Origin: Mayamaea pseudoterrestris
Lineage: Eukaryota
NCBI GenBank assembly: GCA_027923505.1
Contig: BROI01000003.1
Span: forward strand, 62,001 to 126,000
Length of the DNA stretch: 64,000 nucleotides
Reading direction: 5' to 3'
Positions 57,533 through 64,000 of this stretch are shown here, one piece after another (position 1 is the stretch's first letter; each line of letters begins with the position of its first letter). The position numbers were made by a program, and so were the translations under genes. The notes beneath the pieces were generated by a model. That model was not told the origin of the DNA. It saw nothing but the letters and a program-made list of their open reading frames with translations, and did no database searches.

Positions 57533-58300
57533 CTATCGCCTTCGCTTGCCGCCACCCCGAGCCCCAGCAGTTTTGGTACTCGCTCGATTTAACGCCTTTT
57601 GCGCCAGCTTAAAATCACCAGGATTGCTCGCCATGCCTTTCATTGTAGCCGCTCCGTGCATTCCCTTGGTCTTGCGTTGCTGTGCGCTCTTCTTTTTGCC
57701 AGGCAAACTGGCCTTGACTTGCGGCATGTATCGCTCCACCCGGCCGGCAAATTCTTGCTGCTCATCAGCCTTTTTCGCGCGTGGTTGACGAGGGACATGC
57801 TCTCGCGCCTCCTCCTCGTCGTCGCTGCTTTCGCCAGGAACGTGCGTTGATACCTTGACGACGACTTGGCCGCCCCACATGGATTCAGTCTGTCCGTCTT
57901 GATACATTTCGACCTTTTCAATGGAACGATCATCATTGACACTACCATCATCATTGTAGGATGTAGGCCTGTCAATTGCATTCTCTGCCAGCAGTACCTC
58001 CATCATTTCCTCCTTTTGCTTCTCGGCAAACTCTACCTGCTCCTTGCGGGCTTCGCGTTCGCTCTGACGATCTGCTAATCGAGCCTTGCGATCCTTGACC
58101 TTTTGCATGGCGAGTCCAAAGACGCGTCGCTCGCGTTTGCGAGTACTGAACCCTTGCAAATGCTTGCGACGAGCGTCGGCGTCAAAGACAATCTCCGTCT
58201 TTTGGTACTTGTTCTTTTTGAATTTCTGTGTTGACGCTGATGATTTCCTCTTGTCGCCGCCCTTTCCACCGCCCTTCTTACTGCTCTTTTCGTTTCTCAT
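57533..58300 (-). CDS. RRP17: Ribosome biogenesis protein RRP17/NOL12 (Nop25) family
   Basis: EIVFDADARRKHLQGFSTRKRERR signature followed by a charged coiled region; basic termini. Confidence 0.8.
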   Translation of the reverse strand: MRNEKSSKKGGGKGGDKRKSSASTQKFKKNKYQKTEIVFDADARRKHLQGFSTRKRERRVFGLAMQKVKDRKARLADRQSEREARKEQVEFAEKQKEEMMEVLLAENAIDRPTSYNDDGSVNDDRSIEKVEMYQDGQTESMWGGQVVVKVSTHVPGESSDDEEEAREHVPRQPRAKKADEQQEFAGRVERYMPQVKASLPGKKKSAQQRKTKGMHGAATMKGMASNPGDFKLAQKALNRASTKTAGARGGGKRRR

Positions 58301-58689
58301 GGTTATTATACAGTAGCAAAGTATGGATTCTAGGTATTACTGGTGTGGTAAATTTACTTGAATGAAAGCTAAATGTTGTTCGAACGAACGAGGATTTGTG
58401 TCATGGTCGATGGTCGATCAACGAAGCGAAACGGTTGGTCGCAACGCAATCGTGAATAGTCATGGGGGCTTATGTATTGACAACTAATGCAAATGACCAT
58501 TGTCGCTAATAATGGCGGATCAGTGTACTCTATCGATGGAAGCAAGTCAATCGAAGTAACTTTATGCAGCACAAAACATTAATCTGTTCACCATGTTCGC
58601 CCATCGTCTACATTTTGGCTTGCACGCTAGTAGTTTCGTCGAAGGAGCAAGTTTGCCAAGTGTCGCATCTCGCATCGCATGCATACTCG

Positions 58690-59628
58690 TCAACAATGCT
58701 GCTGCTTAACGATAAAGACCACGTCCTCGTCCGTCCCCGGCGCCCTCCACGCTTTTTCGAAATGTTCCAGAGAGAGTAAGTGGCAATCCAAATGGCTGGC
58801 AGCCATGCCAGGATTTTCAATCACGAGGCATATGTCATGTATAGTGTCAAGACTGCTGGTATCACGCGACACGCCAAGTATCAAAATATAATGTCCAGTG
58901 TATTGCTTCGTCATGCCTGTCTTATAGTGCGGTCCCATTAGTATGGAATTGTCAACGAGTGCAATGGCGACGCAGTTTGGTTGTTTAATCAAATGTATAA
59001 AGCGTCGCATGCTCAAACGCGCCTGCTGCACGGCTAAAAGCTGCTCCGACTTGATGCGACGAAACAAATGATTGACGCGTTCCATATCGCTGTGAAAGGA
59101 TGACTTGTAGTAGTCGAAATCATGGTGATTGACATTGACTTGAAGTGTTTGCGAACTGAACAGATATTTCAGAGGCAAGTGTTTTCGTTGAATCTGCTCC
59201 TGCAGCAGCCACACCAAATCAATCGTCCAAACGGATTTTGTCGCAATCTCTCGCACTAGTTCGTCTCGAGATAATGCATTGTTGTCGTACGCCCAGTCAA
59301 ACACCATTAAAAGACAGGCAATGCCGCAGTCCCAGGACTCCAACTGCTGGATACGTCGCATCAAGGTGGCCGTCGGAAGGTTCGTTTCGTCGTGCGATGT
59401 CATGAAAGCAGTAGACGAGTGATTCGACATGGTATTAGATTCAAACAGATTCTTGACGAGTGAATCCCACTCGTCGTCGTCGTCGTCATTACAAAGAAAC
59501 GAGTTGAAGCGAACGGTGGTGGATGATGCAGCGTCAAGAATGCTTTTGGAAAACTCGGTGGAATCTTCCTCTCCACTTTCAATGGCATCACTATAGCAGG
59601 GCCACCATGACAGCAAGGCGTTCATCAT
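58690..59628 (-). CDS. GUCD1: GUCD1-like protein (peptidase C39-like fold)
   Basis: IQQLESWDCGIACLLMV, SVWTIDL, YTGHYILILG, ENP, FEKAWRAPGTDEDVVF. Confidence 0.82.
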   Translation of the reverse strand: MMNALLSWWPCYSDAIESGEEDSTEFSKSILDAASSTTVRFNSFLCNDDDDDEWDSLVKNLFESNTMSNHSSTAFMTSHDETNLPTATLMRRIQQLESWDCGIACLLMVFDWAYDNNALSRDELVREIATKSVWTIDLVWLLQEQIQRKHLPLKYLFSSQTLQVNVNHHDFDYYKSSFHSDMERVNHLFRRIKSEQLLAVQQARLSMRRFIHLIKQPNCVAIALVDNSILMGPHYKTGMTKQYTGHYILILGVSRDTSSLDTIHDICLVIENPGMAASHLDCHLLSLEHFEKAWRAPGTDEDVVFIVKQQHC

Positions 59629-59979
59629 GGTGCTTTACTGTCCGTGTAGCTTACTTGTAAACCAGTTGCTTCATAGTTTGTGTTTCGTCGATCGAATTTC
59701 CGGCATGGAAAAGTTGGAAATGACCTTGTGTCACATTGACATTATATAGTTATGCCCTTTAGCATCATTAGTCATTCACGACCGACCGATCAACTTTTCA
59801 CGATGCATTCGATCGAAGTGATGTTCTGTGATTTGGCGTTTTCGCGGTTTCACATGACGCGACCTGCAAAATGTCCTTCGAGTCCGAACGGAGCATGCAA
59901 AAGTAAGGCGACAATCAAGAGGCGAAACAATAAGTATGGAGATTGTCCAAGAGCATTGATCACATTCCCTTTGCTCGCC

Positions 59980-61686
59980 ATGACGAGAAGAACATCTTTC
60001 GCACGGTCGCCCTGCACCGCAGACGACGAGCCTCCCATTCTGATGCTAGCTCCCAAACGACTCAACGACTATTACTCCAACAGGATTCAAAGTCGTCGCC
60101 GTTCCATTTTTGGCACGCTTGATGGAATTCCAACAACGAATCAGCACAGCCAAACGCAGTTATGCGCCAGTCTCACGAATTGGAACGTTGACAAGCTACG
60201 GCAACGAAGCGAATCAAGCAGCTTCCAACTGTCACACGAGGAGCAGGTCGACATTTCATTCCAAATGCGACGACAGCGCATGGAGCAATACTTTTCCAAA
60301 ATGCAGCAAGCAGACGGTAGTACTATTAGCAATAAAAAGACTAGTAGCAGCAGCAGCAGCAAGAGACAAGACTTGGCAATCGTCATTGACCAGGAATCAG
60401 GTTTACCTCAAGCCATGCCGGATCAAAACAGAGCAAAGGCAACTGTTCCAACTGCAGCATCTAGCAGAAGCAAATCGCAGCGACGAGTTTCCATTAGTGG
60501 TGGAGGCATATCGAGTCACAACATGCATCATATTAACGACAACACAGCTTACTCTCCCGTCGCGCTGCGGCGGCACTCTTCCTTGACAAAATTGGAGGAC
60601 AAGCTCAAGCTCCTGCCCGGACAATCTCCTCCCCGGCAAAAGCAAACGCGACGGGGATCAAACGCATTCACCAATCAAATGACGCAACAATTGGAATTGA
60701 CCATACTCAACGCCGATTTGCCGCAACACGAAACGAAGCGACTGCTGCGACGAAGCTCCATGGGTGGAAGCAGCATGCACTCGGCGTCCATGGACAGCAG
60801 CGCGCATTCGCATAATGCGCATGCAGGAATACATGACGACCATGAATACGATGCAAGCAGCAGGCCGATGGAGATGGATGCGGCCATGCGCCGCATGAGG
60901 AGAACGTCCATTGAAAATGGGTGCATAATGGCCCAGTCGTCTGAATCTACTACTGCTGCTGATCCATATGGCTATGGTGACGCTGCACCAAACATTCGAG
61001 TGCTCCATGCCACTCACGTTGGTGCATCCAACAATAATCATGTAGATTCGACGACGGGACGCATGAGACGATCCTCCGTTGGAGGTGCCATGCCGACCTC
61101 AGCTTCCGATCCATATGGATATGGCGGCGATACTTTTGCAAATGGCCATTCGTTGCATCAGCAGTCGGCAAGTCCAGACTTTGAAGCCACGCAAGCCATG
61201 AGACGAATGAGAAGGTCGTCTATTGGAGGTGTCATGCCATCTTCTAGCAACGGGCTCCCACCGCACGGGTATGTTAATTGCCCCAATGTCAGGTGGCTAT
61301 CCCATTCAGCGGATTCTTTGCCAGTTGAAGGGGCAGCTGCCATTTCGGAGCCGTTGAGCAAGGAAGATTTTGACACAAATCTTACTTACTGCAGTCCGGC
61401 GAGAAAGAATTTAAGTTTACTATCTCGGCTCTTGGGGCAGGACAAGAAGGGAAAGAAATCAAAGAAGAAGTGTTCCGCCAAAGATCCGGCAGTGTCTCTG
61501 CGTTGCCTTGAACAGCTGGCACTTGACATGTCGGGACCAGCATCTCCAGTGTCGCCCAAGCGCCAGTCTCCTCGTCGCGATGTTCCGCCTGCCATTGATA
61601 TTGTCAAGTGCGACCCTTCGGGTATGGCAGCAGATCGCAGCCCGACCAAGGTGCTACCGAGTAAGCGCGTCGCGTTGGGAGCATGA
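59980..61686 (+). CDS. Hypothetical disordered protein with repeated RRSS/RRxS and DPYGYG motifs (ORF open from 59752)
   Basis: 644-aa ORF; RRTS, RRRS, RRVS, RRHSS, RRGS, RRSSMGG, RRTSI, RRSSVGG, RRSSIGG; DPYGYG twice. Confidence 0.7.
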   Translation: MTRRTSFARSPCTADDEPPILMLAPKRLNDYYSNRIQSRRRSIFGTLDGIPTTNQHSQTQLCASLTNWNVDKLRQRSESSSFQLSHEEQVDISFQMRRQRMEQYFSKMQQADGSTISNKKTSSSSSSKRQDLAIVIDQESGLPQAMPDQNRAKATVPTAASSRSKSQRRVSISGGGISSHNMHHINDNTAYSPVALRRHSSLTKLEDKLKLLPGQSPPRQKQTRRGSNAFTNQMTQQLELTILNADLPQHETKRLLRRSSMGGSSMHSASMDSSAHSHNAHAGIHDDHEYDASSRPMEMDAAMRRMRRTSIENGCIMAQSSESTTAADPYGYGDAAPNIRVLHATHVGASNNNHVDSTTGRMRRSSVGGAMPTSASDPYGYGGDTFANGHSLHQQSASPDFEATQAMRRMRRSSIGGVMPSSSNGLPPHGYVNCPNVRWLSHSADSLPVEGAAAISEPLSKEDFDTNLTYCSPARKNLSLLSRLLGQDKKGKKSKKKCSAKDPAVSLRCLEQLALDMSGPASPVSPKRQSPRRDVPPAIDIVKCDPSGMAADRSPTKVLPSKRVALGA

Positions 61687-61772
61687 CAGTGCTGCTCAGT
61701 CCAAGCAACAGTAGACTGCGCTTGTCAATGTCAAATCTCATTAGCTACAATATATAAATTTATAAACATAAT

Positions 61773-64000
61773 TTATGCATACTCGCCTAGCTCCAACTCG
61801 CCAGTGATGCCGCCAGCAGCGTCGTAGTATTGACCATTGCCATTCACCGGCGAGTAATTTTGCTTCATTGAAGGCATGGTCGATGGTACGTCAATGGTTT
61901 CTCGTATCCGGTCACGCCGTGATTGTCGCATCTTATGCCGAAGTGCGCGGGCGCTCAGCAGCACCGCTCCAATGACAACTACAGAGAACAATGTCCATAC
62001 CAGATAGTTCTGTGACTGCCTCTCGGCGGTGCCTCCATTTGCTCCGAAACGGTTGGAAATCTCAATGGTATCAACTGTTTGATCCGCTTGGAGGTCTTCA
62101 AACTCTCCAAGCATCACTGTTAGTGGGCCTGAGAACCAGTCCAGGCGACCCTGAATTATCTTGCCGGCGCTCTCGTGATACCAGCTCGAATTGGTTCTCG
62201 CGTTGACAATATGCGACTGCGGTGGAAGACTGGGATTAGCTTGTTCAATTTGCGACCCCCAATTTTGATCGACGCGAGCGATGGCCAGCACGACAAGTTT
62301 ATCGTTTGGTCCAAAACCTTCCGAAATATCAATCGATCCAGCAAAAGGCTGACCAGCACTTCCGTCCTTGGAAAAGCGAGTTGTCCCTCGCGCATCCGTC
62401 AATAGTTTGCCTTCTCTGAAGTAGCGTTGTAGGTCGTCAAAAGACGGTTGGGATAGACAATCCAGTAGCTCCAATGGGACATCATCCCATTTCGCATACC
62501 ACAAGCGAGTCTCGTCAATTGTTAACGCACCGCCAACGTGCCAATTCAGAACAACCTTGCGACTGTTAAACGGAACCTTCACCGCACTTGTAATTTGGCA
62601 AGACCGACCTTCTGGTCGCATTAGTGGAACAACGTCGTCGGAGAGCTCGAGTTCATTCACAGATGTGAATGCAACGTAAGGCTCGACAAACTCTGCGGCC
62701 AGCAAGCTCAGGCGAATGTTCCGTGACACGTATCCGTTGCCCTTGGTGCCGTCACTGGCGCTGCGTCGCAGCAAGTTTTCGCTCGTACCCAACGTACTTT
62801 GCGATGGAATCTTGTCGTTGCTCGATTCCACCAGCATGTTGAAGACCCGCAAGGTTGATGGTCCGTAGACAGTCTTTTCCTTTGGGTATCCACCAAACGT
62901 TGTGGGCTCGCACTGCAGCATGCGGTCCGTATCCCAACTACCAGCGTACGCAAAGTCTTCCATACCTCCGCGCACAGGATATACCAAATCGTTCATGTTT
63001 CCATATTCGTATGGCTTGCTTTGCGCAAAACCTCCGCCATATCTGCTGTAGGCGGCAGCAATCTCGGATTGGGCCGCATCGTCGGGTGACATGTTGGGCT
63101 TTGTCCAGGATGGCGCGCCCCATTCGTATCCAATCACTTCCATGCCTGTAAAAACCAAAAATTTGAGATACGAATAGCTTGCCCATGTGTGGAGAATGAC
63201 TTGATTCATGCGTCATGGGCCGTTAACTTTGCGTCAAGGAAAAACATGATTTATGACACCATGTGTACTACTCACCACCATGAAACGTGAGCGACAACTG
63301 AAACATGTGACTCCGAAACACTTCGTTCAAGGTTCGCCCGGCAATCGTTTGCATGCACAACGTCGGATCGCGCAAATCGTACGGAAAGTCGCGGTTCGGA
63401 TCAATGTTTCCTTCCTCGCGTACTTTGCGAAAGTAGCCCAAGGCATTGGCCGTTGGAACAAACACGATGCGCCGGGTACTCAGAAGGCGCGCCAGCCACT
63501 TGAGATCGTAGTCAAGATAGCCGCGGTCGCTCCAATTCTGCCGACATTTTCTTGCAGCCTCCAATTCGTCCTTCCAATCGCGAATGCTTTCCTTCATCGA
63601 GGTGCGAGGGAGTGATTCACACTCTGCCGCGTCGAGCATTACTTGAGCCGCTTCCAAAACGGCCGTTGGTCCGACTTGTTCGTTGCCGTGGACTTCTCCG
63701 GACCATCTGTGCAAGTATTAAATAGACATGAATGAATGAGTGATGAGGGAGTGAATGAGAGAAAATTGTTGGAGTTTAAACAAGGTCTGACATTAACTCT
63801 CTTGACAAAGCCTTTCGTTAATCACTTACAATACCTCTGGTAATCTGTTGCTACTCTCACTATTCTCCGGATGTTTCACAAAGTCTTGCATCGTCACAAT
63901 GAAGTTGAGACAGCCGTCTCCGCCAAGGTCGTAGGGACAGTCGTTGCTTGAGCCGGCGCGCGGCAAGCCGAAGGCATCTTGCGCCGTGGTGACGCGGACA
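61773..64000 (-). CDS. M14 zinc carboxypeptidase with C-terminal TM; 5' end lies beyond the window (exons >64000-63830, 63706-63276, 63145-61773)
   Basis: Spliced product has LPEVLWSGEVHGNE (HxxE), IDPNRDF, LTFHGGME, GGMEDFAY and LVES; TM YLVWTLFSVVVIGAVLL. Confidence 0.9.

Noticed and set aside
63725..63762. (TGAA/TGAG)n-like tract
   Set aside because: Short degenerate microsatellite inside an intron of the carboxypeptidase gene.

Overview
Gene-dense eukaryotic nuclear DNA, most likely a pennate diatom. This inference rests on short 70-130 bp GT-AG introns, signal peptides followed by ASAF-like plastid-targeting motifs, an FEA1-type iron protein and diatom-type Pro-Ser and RRxS low-complexity proteins. 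About 25 protein-coding genes are supported, including an ISWI remodeler, DDX6/Dhh1, RSL1D1, Nup160, RRP17/NOL12, GUCD1, proline iminopeptidase, a class 3 lipase, two glycosyltransferases and an M14 carboxypeptidase. The most striking non-genic feature is a ~2.05-kb element at 2025-4080 with the terminal anatomy of a non-autonomous Helentron (DINE-1/HINE type): 5' subterminal inverted repeat plus hairpin, GTCC-type microsatellite, 3' subterminal repeat, 3' stem-loop, CTTGTT end and an apparent TT target site. Its interior is a ~145-157 bp tandem array, partly arranged as a 302-bp dimer, that reads as a decayed Pro-Ser-x-x coding sequence. Other items of interest are a recurrent TCGCACCGGTA / TGACGTCA promoter module, a GST-HINT fusion, an ISWI with an extra HMG box and a CAF-1-like winged-helix tail, and an A-B-B-A repeat protein with a WH2-like motif. 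No rRNA, tRNA or CRISPR was recognised. All family assignments come from motif recognition by eye; no database searches were run.
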